From Azolla caroliniana (lineage: Eukaryota > Plantae > Polypodiophyta): a stretch of DNA of 64,000 bases. This document shows, piece after piece, positions 12,955 through 26,851 of this stretch (its first letter is position 1; every line of letters starts with the position of its first letter). A program made the translations under genes and the position numbers. The notes below the pieces were generated by a model, which saw only the letters and a program-made list of their open reading frames with translations, was not told the origin of the DNA and searched no databases. Location: positions 3,286,001 to 3,350,000 of the forward strand of contig JBHGNT010000009.1 of NCBI GenBank assembly GCA_043228905.1. The letters run 5' to 3'.

Positions 12955-13070
12955 TGGTTTTATATATTGAAATGGGGGGGTAATATTGGACCAATCAGAT
13001 TTTGAGTTGAGCCGTGGGTCGGATCGACTGTATCCACCGCACGATCTACGAGCCTTCTCACCGTCCGATC
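12955..13070 (-). promoter_or_regulatory. H2B copy 1 proximal promoter (TATA, CCAAT, GATCC/CCGTC-type elements)
   Basis: TATATAAA near 12958-12965; CTGATTGGTCCAA 12986-12998; blocks ATCGGACGGTG, GATCGTGCGG and GTCGATCCG shared with copy 2. Confidence 0.7.
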
Positions 13071-16000
13071 TCCCCCTCTCCCCCCCCCCCCCCCCCGAGT
13101 CTTTTGAGTTTCCCGCCCACATCAGCTTACCAAATATTTTTTAAACTTTCAAAAATTGTTATAGGCCGGCCATGTGAAGACCATTGTGAATTAATTTGTC
13201 CTTATGCCCATCCCCCCCCCCCCCCCCAAAACACACACACACTTGTTGGCAATGACGCCGGCCAGAAATCCATCTTCACATGAATTTCACTCAATAACCC
13301 CTCCTCTTTGCAAGAGTCGTGCTAATAACGCCCCATGTCCTAAATGTGTCTGCTTCTTGCCCAAAGTTGTTTCGCGCATATTGTAACAAACACAACAGCA
13401 AAACATAAGGAAGCTTATGGCAGACGATGAGCTAAACATCCCTTGGTATCAAAACCCATTGTTGCAATCACCCCATGTAGGTGCTTTGCTAACAAATTGT
13501 TAATCTTCGGTTTCCATGATTGTGTATTTATGTACGTAAGTTTTAAGTCTGTACATCCTTTAATACATTCATTATTTTTCCTCAAGCATTCACTTCACAT
13601 TTACCAAGTCTTTGCCCACTCTTGTGCCTCCTGACATGTTCGTTCTTCTTTCTATGCATTGTTGATGGTTGTACACTTTTCTAATTTAATAATAGTTCAA
13701 ATGGCTCGAATGATAGTGGGTGTCCGAGTATTATTGTTTCCACACTCCACAAACATAACGAGAGCAATTCACACGTATGGGTTATAACAAGAAATAAATA
13801 TGCCATAACTAATGTAAGTAGACCAGGCTTCTAGACATCCTCTATACGGTATGCATAACCTTCCCGTCCAATAATCTCCTTTACATTAGAACCCAGAAGC
13901 ATGTGGTCATAACTATAAACATTGAAGAGAAGTTAAATATGTTCGTTTATAAGTCTTCAATAGAAGTAAAATTTGACCACGCATACAAGCTCATAATGTG
14001 ATTGGCACTCGTTTCAATAATAGAAATTGATCAAAATTTAGTAGCATTTTGATCACAATCATTTAATAACAAATACGCATCACTTGTTGAAGTTGGTTGA
14101 CAATGGTGAAAGAAGTAGTATGTGACTAATTGATCCATTTTAAACATCTATTTATCTTTCTACGACCTGTCAATACAATATACAAACCCAATGAAGGTTC
14201 ATATTTAGTTATTGCCCATAAACTTTCTTTAATTTGACTTCCATCAATCATTATCAATTGGCCCCCTAAAATATGTTGACATCCATATTCCACCAAGTGT
14301 CAAATGTTAAATGTTTATTCTTGTAAACAAACATTTATCAAAATAGTCCCTTAGTTGGACAATAGGTGTTTCTGAACTATTCAAATATAATTAGACAATC
14401 CTTGCACGAGGAGTTGTGCCCCTTTGGAAAACATTGTAACCTCAATGTATATAGTTCATGAATGAACCTCCCTATCAAGTGCTCTCAATCATCAAAAAGT
14501 GAAAAATAGCATTAGAGTGTGAAGTTGAGAATTTCCTTGTCTAAGGTCTGTCTTCAACCTTCACCAACACAAATAAATCTCTTGCCCACCCTATTCTCGT
14601 GCATTCAAACTCAAAATTCCTAGTTGTACAATAGTAAAAATATGCATCTATTCCTTCATTATACTACATCCACATGGAAGCAATTATAAAGTGCATGTTG
14701 AATTCGTGAGCATGTTGGTGTAGCAACCATTTGACCATGTTACAATGACAAGGCTAAATAATCGCCCATTTGTAATGGCTCCCATGAGCTAGATGACAAC
14801 TAATTCCACTTTCATTATTTGATGGCTTAAGTTCTGTGGTAAATCTATAACTCCTACATGTCATCAACACCAAGGCGATCTCGTAGTTCTTGTATCATCG
14901 GATTGATGAGGTCGATAACTCTAAATTTTGAACCCTTGATGTTATGAGTTCATATTTGACGTTGTGGATATATTGCCATTGCCAATAGAATGTGTTGGAA
15001 ATCAATGATGTTGCTAAATAATTGTTAAATAAATCTACCATATGCAATGGATGTGAAGCAACGGTTGGTTATATATGCATGTCTAACGTCTAGTTATATG
15101 TAAGAGATTATGAATGGTACTATTATACATACTAAAACTACGAGTTACTCTCTCAAATTGCTTATTTTCTTGTTTAATATTGATGTATTGGTGAGAGAAA
15201 TATGTATAATACATGCATAAAACATTATAATGTTAAAAAAATACCTTAAATATTATACTCACTACTCAATTGATTACAAAATAAAGATATCTTGATTACC
15301 ACATCTAGCTATAGGTTGAATGTGACCTTTTTTTACCATCCACAAGGAGGCCAATTCTGACATATGGGGCCAAATAAACATATTACCTTGCATGCGTCTC
15401 CTTCCTAAGAAGGGGGATTACTACTCTATAATAAAAACTCTCAATGGGAAAAATGTATGGACATATGTGTTCGCAATTTTATTATTATAGAAGTTTTTCT
15501 TTAATAGTATTAAGAAAAAACGCCCAAAGGCTACAACTTGAACTTGTCAGCCCAGAAGGTTACAACTTTTTATGTACAATGATGTAAAATAATCCTAAGA
15601 CCAAATATCGAACTTTGTAGAAGGTGTTGGAATTTGTTAATATTCAAGAAAGAGTCCATGGAAGTCGATAGTGTCATTGAGGCTCTTGAGTTGACATTAT
15701 GAACGAGGGCAACTTTGTCCATAAGTGACGAAGCTTTTTCCTTCTCTTGTTCACAATCTTGGGGAACCATGCATATTATCATACTGGCCACGAACTACTG
15801 CCAACAAGTTCTCCCATATCTCACATAGCACATATGTGCTCGCCTTTCTCGGTGAAGATCTGAGTATGACATTTAAATTATCATGTTCATCTAACAAAGT
15901 CACCATACTTCTCTTGAATCAACTTATATGTTGACCATGCAATAAGTCATATTCATCCTCAACTAGATTTTCATTGCACGCCTTGCATATCTTCATATTC

Positions 16001-16950
16001 AGTTGATGATGTTGCGATGCCACCTGAACAACTAACTTGTGTGAGCAACTTCTAGTAAGTGTTAAGGTTTGTCAAGAGCCCCCCAAGAGCCAAAGCTCGA
16101 GGGGGTAGTAACATGCAATTGGATATGTTCTTGCTTTTTTAAACCTTGTTCCAGGGCCATCATCAAGGATTAACATTTGCAATGTGATAATATGATTTTG
16201 ACATTTTAACATCTTACTTCATTCTTAGTGCCTCGAGCGATCTATCCTCGATGATCACATATTGCATACCATCACCTACAAGGTCCAATACATATTTTAT
16301 TCCCTATACTTTAAACCATGTCAAGGCACAACCCACATGAAGGGATTTTGCGCTTATTATGTATTTATATCTTCCATGGCATAGTCTAAGCTTGTATTCT
16401 TCGTATATTGTGATATACTTATATACTCTTTGCATGACTAACACTCCTCTAGGCTTAACAATTATTTCTATATAGCATGAAATGATATATTGTTAAGGGT
16501 TGTATTCCAAAATTGTCTACATAAGAACAATTTTTTTGTTTTCTTTATATAAGTCAAAACGTCGAGTGAGATAGTGCTACCTTGCCTTCAACTCAAAAAA
16601 TGAACATGTGGACCATCATACCATTGAATAACATCAAATTCACTTCCCATTCTCGAGTATCGCGTTGTTTGCATTGATTCTGAAAAATATGATAGGATCA
16701 AATTGTAGCATATTCTCTCACCTATGGTGTCAGAGCACCAAGATAAATACATTGTTGGGCATTTTCTAGAATGCAAAAGACACTAGAATTGGTTTTACAA
16801 TGTTTTTGGGTGGCCTCAACATTGTGCTTCAATTGAATTTTTTATATCCAAAAAAATGTTACTTCACATTAGTTAGCAAACCGAATACAACAAAGTTCAA
16901 CTCGAATCCACAATGGGATCAATATATACAACACGGAGGAACAACTCTAA

Positions 16951-17357
16951 TGTTTATCCTGGGTCAGACTAGCCACAAACACAAGGTGTCCTTCCGTATC
17001 ACTTCACCAAAGGGGTGGTTACCGGTAGGATGTTAACCGGCAGTGATAAGATACTAATCCGTTGTTCCGGATCGGTCCTGGTATGGCAATATATCCCTGT
17101 TTGATTAACACGTGTAAAATATAAAATAAGGCACGGACGGTAGTAGACAAGATACACAATACTGAAATCCAAATTCAACTTATATTACTTTTGTGTTCAT
17201 TACATTGCTTTCCAGATCCTTTTATAGGCATCCGGTTCTGATTACAAAACGATGCCAAACTGGCAACCGACTATGAATCGGTCCGGATCCAGATCGATGC
17301 AACTATTCCGGATCCGTCCGTTCCTATTATAATTATCACTAATAACCAATACTAACA
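16951..17357 (-). mobile_element. Solo-LTR-like insertion at the 3' end of the LINE
   Basis: TGTT...AACA termini and an internal CCTATAAAAGG on the minus strand; LINE-like reading resumes immediately after 17357. No clean 5-bp TSD. Confidence 0.45.
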
Positions 17358-20300
17358 TCCATTCCCAACTCATCCCCCACTTGTCCTCCATACGCTGGCC
17401 AACATCTAAAACCAACAAAACTCACACGGACCTTATCCCCAACAAAATTGAAACAAACCCCAATTTACACCATCTCTACTCATCCAAACGTACTCTTTTT
17501 TTAGCTATACCTACATATTTACATCCCATGTACAATATTGGGAGCCATCCGTGGAAACAACAACCTAGGCACCTGGTAGTTCCACTTTGGTCTCGTTGAA
17601 GATTTGATCGACATGGGAGAACCACCCCCCCATTTCAACACGAACTTAGACTTCGCCCTTTGTGCATCATCTGATCCCCCCTAAATCGAGTCATATCGTC
17701 CATGCAACCATGTCACTAGCTCAAACTAGATATTTAGCATCACCTCACCGCATGAGAGCTTTTGCCACTGAAAAACAAACTTACAGGGCCTGGTCCAAAT
17801 GTGCTAGACCGATAAGCACACCACCATAAGCCAAATCTCCTCAAAATATTCAGAATTTGTGATAGGTCTCACCCCATCACATAGGAACGCGCTACCACTT
17901 TGCATTATAAATCCATGTCCCTATGGGTTTAGGCTTAAACTTGACTAGGCCTTCATTATTGCATGAACCGCCCTGTCCTCTGTGTTAGTCGGTTCTTTCA
18001 ACTTTAGGCTTGAATTGAACAGTCACCACATATTTGCCTGCCAAGGGCCACCATTCCTTGGGCACCAAAGGTCGGCTCTTTTCCAAAGGAGCACCTTCCA
18101 CAATTCTGGTCCGGTTTGCAGATTTGACACCATAAGCTTACCATGTAGAGCCTTACTTTGGTGAATATGATCCACCAACCCAAGTCCTCACTAGTTCTTC
18201 GCCTTGATTAAACAACCCCACACCATTTTAGCTAACGCCATCTCATTGTCTCTTCTCGACCAAAGGAACCCTCCCACCATTGCCTTAATGGTTTTGGTGC
18301 AAGCTTTGTCTAACATCCAACATGCCATCAAGTGCCACATGGTAGCCAACAAATATATGGTTAACCACAACCACCCTAAATGCAAGGGAAAGCTTTACTC
18401 ATGCCCAAATACTAAACAACCATTCCATTCGGGACCCATTGAAAATCAACATCAGGACACCAAAGTGGTCATGGGTTTGAACTTACCAAGAAACCTCTTT
18501 CGGTCTTCTGTAAATTATTGTCATTGCCTTGCAAGTAGAGCATAATGTCATCTGCATACTCAGAGTCCAACATATCCTTGCTCGCGTGGACAACTAAACC
18601 CCTTATTCCTACATCAGGTATGTTCAAAAAGAAAGAGAATGCCTCTAAAATAAATAAATAAAGGTAGGGGGCCAACGGGCAACCCTGCCTAACAGACTTG
18701 CGTAACATAATCGATGGACCGCGATGCCCTATCACCAACACCCTACTCAAGCTTCCTTTGTAAAGGGACAACACAGTTGATCTCCATTTTGAGGGTAATC
18801 TCGGCCCCTCCATGACTTTTTCTAAAAAAGGACACTAAACTCTGTAATACGCTTTCTCAAAGTCCAACCAACATGAGATAAGCAATGTGTTGATTGGTTT
18901 TCTTTGCCAAGGGAATCGCCTCCCAAAATCTCAACACATTATCAGTTATGCATCTATTTTCCATGAAACCTGTTTGTCCAACATGGATTAGATCATGCAC
19001 GTAGGGTTTTACCCTCTTGGTTAGTATATTGGCGAATATCTTATATATATAGTGTTGAGAAAAGTGATCGGTCTCCATTGACTTGCATCAGTTATTACAC
19101 TTTGTACCTTAGGAATGGGAGCTATCATCCCCTCTTGACATTGCAAAGGTAAGCATCCAACATCCCATGCCTCTCTTAGCCCATCAACCAAATCAACCTT
19201 GATCACGTCCCAAAAAATTTCAAAAAAATCTCTTGATAATTCATCGGATCCTAGACAGGACGTTCTACAAATACCCACCAAAGCGTCCGCCACGTCTTCT
19301 TCCAAGAGAGGCCTTGAAAGCTGAGGTCGTGCCACATCTGAAATTCTATGTTGCATTCTCTCCAACACAAATTCTATCAATGCAGGTTGTTCGAGGATAT
19401 TGGAGCTATTTGAAAGCAACTCACGATAGTGTGATGTGACCACCTCCAAGATCTCCGAAACATCCTCCAACATTGAGCCATATTCCTTAATCAACTTCAG
19501 CTTATAGCAACAGTTCATTCTAGGCTTTTTATAGATGAAATTACTTTTCCATGTGCTCCTTATCTTCCTTCTCACCTCCTCATCCTCAAAAAAAATTATG
19601 TTGATCCTTATATTGCATTCCCTTATGGCATCCTCTATCTTACTAGCGTTATCTTAACCGGCTTATGATCAGAGTAAGCTCAACCTGCGATGATTTCAAC
19701 ATTGGTTCCAAATTTTTCCAATTCCGAGCTTATGTAAATATTGTCTATGCGAGACATGCAAAAGTCATTCATACTATAGTTTGCACTTGAAAAGCTTAGC
19801 GAACTGCGTGGCTTTTTTAATACATGTCAAGCATCTTTCACACCCATTTGACCCAACAACAAATCCCATGAAACTAGCTCTAACCCCTGCACAACCATTT
19901 GCATGCCCCCCACCTTGTCCTCTTTGTACATAGTCATGTTAAAGTCCCCTTTGAGGATCCACGCATCTGCAATCGCCAGTCCATCAGCCAATTGCCTCCA
20001 AAAGAGGGCCCGCTTCATTGACAAATTAGGCGCATACACGTTTATTCTCCCGATAGATGGCACACCCCTCTATTATGGTGTCCTGTCCCAACACGACAAC
20101 GTCTTGAGAATTCTTGATAAATGTAAAAACGCCCCCTTTCCTCCCATGCTCACCCTGAGTTGGGGACCAAACGTATGTCAATCCCCCTCAAGAGGATTGC
20201 CAATACTCAAGATCCTATTCGCACTCAGATGGTGCTCTTGCAACAACAAAATCTATGGGACCCCCTTGAAACTCGAGACTTTGAACTCTTGATGGAGGTT

Positions 20301-22620
20301 CTTCTCTTCCAACATACATTCACAACATCCTCTAGTTCCTGCACGTGGAAGTATAACACCTCATCGAGGGAGTCTACCCTCTCTTCTATGCATAGTAGCA
20401 ATTGCTTTTTAATGCATGAATCATTGACCCGCCCACATATAATTCTAATATTCATCCACCTCACAATCTATTTATCCTCATTCCAAGTGATAGGCAAACT
20501 CTTAAAGTACTTGTGCACCCTACCTGCTATGGAGCTTGATATCCATTCCATATTGTTGGCTGAAACCTCTTGATCTGTCAAATTAAAAGATAAATATACA
20601 TTCGGAAACTTTTTGCGTTCAGTGACAACTCATAAACCCTCAGCCCCGGGGCTTCCCCATGGCACAAGTCAGTCAATATCTTGAGAACATGTTGGCTAAA
20701 CCTGCACACTTTTCAAAGTGATCTCTTACTGATCTTTTGGACTGAACAAAATTGACCGGGACTTGATCATCTACCCCCATACTTACTTGTCTTGTTGCTT
20801 GCAACTTCTGGGTTTCAGAACTAATGGGTGAGTTGTCTTGATACTTCCCATTGCGTAACCATTCTTTCACCGCTCTCGATAGTCTAATACTTCCACTTTA
20901 TCAGGTGAAGGGGGAGCTAATGACATTTTCCCTACTAACATTTGCACTATTTAGCATGACATCGGGTGTGCACACTACCACCTCTTCAACATTAATTGTC
21001 CTTAGATCCTGTAGTAGAACCTCCTCTTCCCGCAATGCCTCAAAACTATTTCCCAACTTTACATGATGCATAGTTGTGGTTCGTTCTTGTTGCAATTGAT
21101 TTTTACGTCCCAAAACCAGAGTCTCGTCTACTTTAGCCTTCTCCTTCTCAACCCCATTAATGGTGCTATGACCTTCCACCCCTATATTCTCTTGCCTAGC
21201 TACCTGCCCTTTGTCCTTTCCCACCCTCACGTGACCATTGATCTTCCTGGGGCATTGCTTAGCAATATGGCCCTTCTTTTTACAACAAAAACTTTGTCCA
21301 TGTAAGCCATTGTATTCCACTTCCACATCTATCAGTTCCGCTTCTACATCATGAACCCTGACTATGGGGGGAGTTTGGACAAGCTTTGCATAATCACTCT
21401 AATCTTAGGGAAATCCCTGATTTTATCTACCATCGTGGCCTTTGAAGGACAAATTGTGCCAATCTTATCCCCAATCTTTGGCATCAAGGGGTATAATTGT
21501 CAAGGAAGTTTTGGAAACACCATGGAAATCATCTGAGGATTACCAAAATTTTTGTCTTCCTCCATAGCGTTGAAGTTAGCATGCGACTCCAACAAAAGAG
21601 CTCTTCCATATTTGAGCTCTACAAATTTCAGATCAATAATCCGCGATACATCACCCTCCTCGTCAACTTCAACATGGAAGAAAATTTGTCCCATATTATG
21701 CACATTCAGTATCTATGGGACCCTATCCATAAGAGCTACTTGCAGCAGGTCACGAACCATACCTCTATTAGACCTACCACTAAGTAGCTTACAAATGAAT
21801 GAGCATTTCTTTAATATTTCAATCGCCGCATTCAGAATTTTGCTTTCTTCCTCAGACATAATAACCTCTAGTATCTCAGAGCTCACTTTCATGTCCATTT
21901 CTTTATCATGACCTGATCTTGGGCATGCATTATACGCCTGACCACATTCCTACAGAAGGTTTTCTACTTCCAACATGTCATACGTGGCTTAGCATAGTCC
22001 AATTTTTGTGACGACCTGCCTTGTAGCCCCTGCTGCCTACCCTCACTCATCACATGCCATAATGCATGGCTAGAGTGATCTCCCCCAATTGTTTGCCTCC
22101 CAACCTCATTATTCCAATCCTCTGCCACTCCCCACACTCTCGAGTCCTCGACACAGTGAAATATGGAGAGAACCATCTCCTTGCTGCTAAGAGGAGCCCT
22201 ATCCTCCTCTTCCATCCAACCCGCATTGTCTATCAGATTGACTAATTCCTTACTCATTCTCCTATCTACGCCAATAATGTGTTTCCCTACTTCTTTTGGC
22301 ATGTGTCCTACTTTTCTTCGACCCCCATTTTCAACCTGATGCTTCTCCCTATCCCTATTCCTACCTTGCAATGCATACCTCGACCCCACCAACCCTTGCC
22401 ATTGTTACCTTAACTGACGTCATTGATGCCTTAACGCATGTTGTTGGCTCCTTCATCCAGATGTTGCTTTATCCTTGTGTAACCCTACTACTACCCTACA
22501 CCCTAATTGACAAGACATACTTGACATTTGAGGAGGATGAGAGCTCAACATCGATCGAATGCGTTTGGAGCACACTTTGCAAGCCTAAACCCAGCCCCCC
22601 CATTTTTCGTGCATATACCT
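17358..22620 (-). mobile_element. Degenerate L1-clade LINE retrotransposon (ORF1 plus endonuclease-RT ORF2, frameshifted)
   Basis: Decayed zinc knuckle FCCKKKGHIAKQC (~21250-21300). APE motifs INVYAPN, GDFN, SRIDN, YSDH (19660-20060). RT motifs WRPITFLN, QTGFM..R.I.DN, VRQGCPLAPYLY, YADD (18500-19100). Many stops and frameshifts; 5' boundary approximate. Confidence 0.92.
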
Positions 22621-24521
22621 TGAGGATAGATTACAGTTGCTTCAATTGATAATTATCTTCATACATCTGATAAATGTGGTTCAACAAAGTTACTCCCACA
22701 TCATCCCTGTGGATTATTACATCCATTGAATGATTCCAAAATCAATTTCCTTCAATTTTAATCGAGATCTTCCAAATTCTATGGTTTTTGATGTTACTGA
22801 CATTAGAACAGTGCTCGTGATGCTTCAAGAATTATTAGAAGGATGATCGGATTGATATTTTACAATTTTGTATCTATAACACATGGAACTTGTTGATTTG
22901 AAGAGCCAAGATGGTATCATATGGAAAGCTTAAACATACCTAGCATATCACACCACCAAGTGTGAAGTATTAGAATAATTGCATTCTAAGTGCAATTTTT
23001 TCATAATCATATTTGTATGCATTATTGATATGCAAACATAACGTAGGTAAGGGTAGGTCACTAATATTTATAAAATTTAAGTGATAGGTATGTTCTCTAA
23101 TATGATCGTGTAGTGTCATGATCTTTAAAACTAATGAATGGAGTCTTTAGAAAAACACATTTATTTGAGGGGATGAGGAAGAAGTATAAATACGAAGCTT
23201 AACTCCCCTCGTAAAACATATTACATAAGAAGGTTGAAGTTTTGAGGCACTAGTGATGTGGGCTAGGCTTTCATCGCAACAATCGTGTTACCTATTTGAA
23301 GGTACTAGTCATTATAATTTTTGTTAGTATGGGACGTCGGTGGTATGTTGGTTATGTCTTGATCATAGCTCGGGGATGGTTGAGAGGATCAAGTTCTTTA
23401 ATCCAATCTATTCGCCTTTCTTCTGTTTTTATGTATTTGGTCTATTGATTAGTAAATTGTAATATACTCTTAGCAATTGCCATACATGACGACTCATTTG
23501 AGCAGTGTGGTTGGCATTCATCACATGCAAACATACGGGCACCAAGTGGCACTTAATCACATGAGAAGTCATGATTTGAGAAGTCAACCTATATGGTAAT
23601 AATTAAACTTGCACCCATGCACTTATCTAGAAAAATAAACTCGAAAGTATTAGAAATTAGAGAATCTTCATTTGGAAATATTTTTCTTTTTCATTTTGTC
23701 ATGTTCAAAGTGGCACGACGCTCAATAAATTGACCCAATCGATAATATTGTTGATGGCCCACTTGCAATGTGAGAATATGCTCAACAACACGATATATGA
23801 TTCTCTCAATTAATTAGACACGAACAACACAAATATGTTGCTCTATTGGTGCAATCCACTCAGGCTTGCTCACTCAACCACTAGATTAAGGTCTTTTGTC
23901 TGATTAGCTCGACCACAAATGTGTTTAGTTCCAAGTTGTTGTGTGTTTCCATCGTTAGGCCTAAGCACATCCATCTAGATATAACCTCAACTTCCAACTA
24001 GCTTTAACCTCAAAATTTCTCCTTACGTACTTCCACTCTTCAAATCAAAGACACTGTTTCTATGCTCTAGGTCTCCAACATTGGTATTTACTTGGAATGC
24101 ATCTTCGTGTATTATAAGAGTTACTCTAATCCTTGAAGTGATGATTACCAAGTCAATCTTAAATTTGATAGTTGTGAGTAAACTCTCGATGGTGTTGTTG
24201 CCATTATATCATGTTGCATTTCATGAAGAATGTAATACCGATTTACATGAAATCACGACCAATCTATAGGAATCATTCAAGGTTTTAAATATTTGTCTCT
24301 TAAAAACAAACATTTATTGGGTAGAAACTTAGATACTCGATTGATGCTCTAGGGAACGAGGTCCGACGCTCATTCTAGTTATCTTGCAACTAAAACCTAT
24401 AGGATTTTCGAAGAACACTTGTATAGTGATATCCAATGTTGTCCTCTTCATAAATATTCGACAATTGCTCGTGTGAAGGACGCCAAACGCTCACAAAGAG
24501 GTAGTGTGACATAAAAATGCC

Positions 24522-24701
24522 TATATATATATAAGTTTGGATATATCTATGTCTATCTAGGCAGAGGATTTGGTTAAAAGATGCATCCATATGTATATAT
24601 GCCCTACTTTATATATATATATATAAGTTTGGATATATCTATGTCTATCTAGGCAGAGGATTTGGTTTAAAGATGCATCCATATGTATATATGCCCTACT
24701 T
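24522..24701. repeat. Near-perfect tandem duplication, ~91-bp unit x2
   Basis: tatatatataagtttggatatatctatgtctatctaggcagaggatttggtt.aaagatgcatccatatgtatatatgccctacttt occurs twice. Confidence 0.92.
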
Positions 24702-25021
24702 TTTGGTTTGTTTGTTGCGTTTCGTGCATATATTTCTATTCGGCTAGTTCCACAGGACAACGTGGCCGAGGTTTGGGAGAATGATGGAACCATCTTTTTC
24801 TTGGGACATGGTAACAGAAGACATCCCTTGAAGCCTAGTTCTCAAGGACAAGTAGGTGGTCGCAATCCTTCATTTTTCATATGGGCGAGGAGAGCATAAG
24901 CATCTCCAAAGCCACCATTCCGAGGCTTCACAATGTATGTATGTACACACATATCTCTTTCTTTCGTTTGGTTTTTGTTTTGTTTTTTCGTCTTTTCTTG
25001 TTGAAATCGGGCCATTTTGCA

Positions 25022-25156
25022 ATCGGACGGTGGAGATGCAAGCAAGTGGATCGTGCGGCGATAAGAGGGTCGATCCGCCCCAGGCCTCAACGCGCACTCT
25101 GATTGGTCCAACATATAAGATATGGGCTTTCTCCTCTACGCACGTCTGTATATAAA
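25022..25156 (+). promoter_or_regulatory. H2B copy 2 proximal promoter
   Basis: ATCGGACGGTG 25022, GATCGTGCGG ~25049, GTCGATCCG ~25069, CTGATTGGTCCAA 25099-25111, TATATAAA ~25149. Confidence 0.7.
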
Positions 25157-25284
25157 CGAAAGCGTGGCCACATCCAATTCTGCTCCTGTTAATCGGTCTT
25201 CTACCTTCGGAACCTCATCTCTGTTCCTGCAGATCCTCTCTTGACCTAATTAGTTCCCAATCACACTCAATTCCTGCCCCTGCC

Positions 25285-25725
25285 ATGGCGCCCAAGTCCA
25301 AAGAAGCTCCCGCTGAAGCTGAGCAGAAGGCCACCAAGTCTGTTCGGGGCGGCAAGAAACCTGCCGGGAAGAAGCCTGCTGCAGAGAAGAAGCCCTCTGC
25401 CTCCTCTGCCAAGGAAGGGGATAAGAAGAAGAAGAGAGTGAAGAAGAGCATCGAGACCTACAAGATCTACATCTTTAAGGTGCTCAAGCAGGTGCACCCT
25501 GACACAGGTATCTCTTCCAAGGCCATGGGTATCATGAATTCCTTCATCAATGACATATTTGAGAAGCTTGCCCAGGAAGCAGCTCGCCTTGCTCGATACA
25601 ATAAGAAGCCTACTATCACAAGCAGGGAGATCCAGACGGCTGTGCGTCTTATCCTGCCAGGTGAACTCGCCAAGCATGCTGTCTCTGAAGGGACAAAGGC
25701 CGTCACCAAGTTCACCAGTGCATAA
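25285..25725 (+). CDS. H2B: Histone H2B (copy 2), intronless
   Basis: 146 aa; core identical to copy 1, with five substitutions in the N-terminal tail. Confidence 0.99.
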   Translation: MAPKSKEAPAEAEQKATKSVRGGKKPAGKKPAAEKKPSASSAKEGDKKKKRVKKSIETYKIYIFKVLKQVHPDTGISSKAMGIMNSFINDIFEKLAQEAARLARYNKKPTITSREIQTAVRLILPGELAKHAVSEGTKAVTKFTSA

Positions 25726-25784
25726 GGATTCCCGGGATTTCCTTATGTTCATTTAATCTCTTCATCCTCACTCCTGCGAACAAT

Positions 25785-25800
25785 GGTGTTTTTTGACACC
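25785..25800 (+). promoter_or_regulatory. Histone-3'-like RNA stem-loop in the H2B copy 2 3' UTR
   Basis: ACAAU-GGUGUU-UUUU-GACACC-ACAU: 6-bp stem with U-G top pair and 4-nt loop, 59 nt after the stop codon. Confidence 0.72.
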
Positions 25801-26851
25801 ACATATTTGTTTGTAGGTTTTCTGACTCTCGCTCTAACTTGTTAAAAGCGGGATCTGCCCGACTTGCCTCAGTAATTTGGGTTTGCACACATGTACGATT
25901 ACCATTGATGGCGTGTAATATAAATTGAAGATGATATTACACTTTAGATTACTCATTTATATCTACGCTGCTTGTGTTCCTTTTACTCTTTCTATTGTTG
26001 TATTTGCTGGTGGAAATTATTGCATAGTCGTGTCTATTCAATGGTTTCATGCGTAAACGGATCCCTTTTGTTATTTGCCGTCTAGCCTGAATGCGTGTTG
26101 CTGTAGCCATAAAAGAAATTATTCGTGTAGTCAGCCTTTTTTTTTCACTGGGATGAGGGAAGTACTCAGACATTTGAGAAACATGTAAAATCTTTTGTAT
26201 TTTAAAGGCGGGTAAAGCTTTCATGTTAGCAGCACTGTTCAGATTTTGTTTAAAATTGGATATATAGTCACGGATACAAACACATTCAGTGATTTTAATA
26301 AACATATTTTTATCTATCGCTTTTGTATCTCACATTTTGACTATCGTATTGCTGTTCCATTTACCTTAATACTTGTTATGCTTAAATATTTAAATTTTCA
26401 CATCTCAAAATATATGCCCTTACAAAAAGTTCTGCTTGGTAGCCCTTAACATTCTGTTCACATTTGGTATGAAGTGAACATAATATTGTGTATTCCTTGT
26501 TATCATCAAATTTTCAGCAGTATATATAGATTTAGCTGCATTGTTTCCTTGCTCTCTCTGTTTGTCTGTGTTTGGTTTTCAAGTGACACAATTTCTTCAT
26601 TCCATGAGTGTCAAATATGAAATGTATCATTCCTCCAGACTTTCAAAGTTTGATAATAATTGTTTGCTCACGCTGATAAAAATATACACATGGCTACAGA
26701 ACCCCATTAATATTTAGAATTTGAAATGAAGCCTATCTGCTGTGCTGAGAACCCCTCTTGTTCTCAACCCACATCATGTAAACAAACTTTTTAGGAGATG
26801 CTAGTTTTTTGAGATCATTATTATACGTATAAATTTACAGCGACAAAAAAC

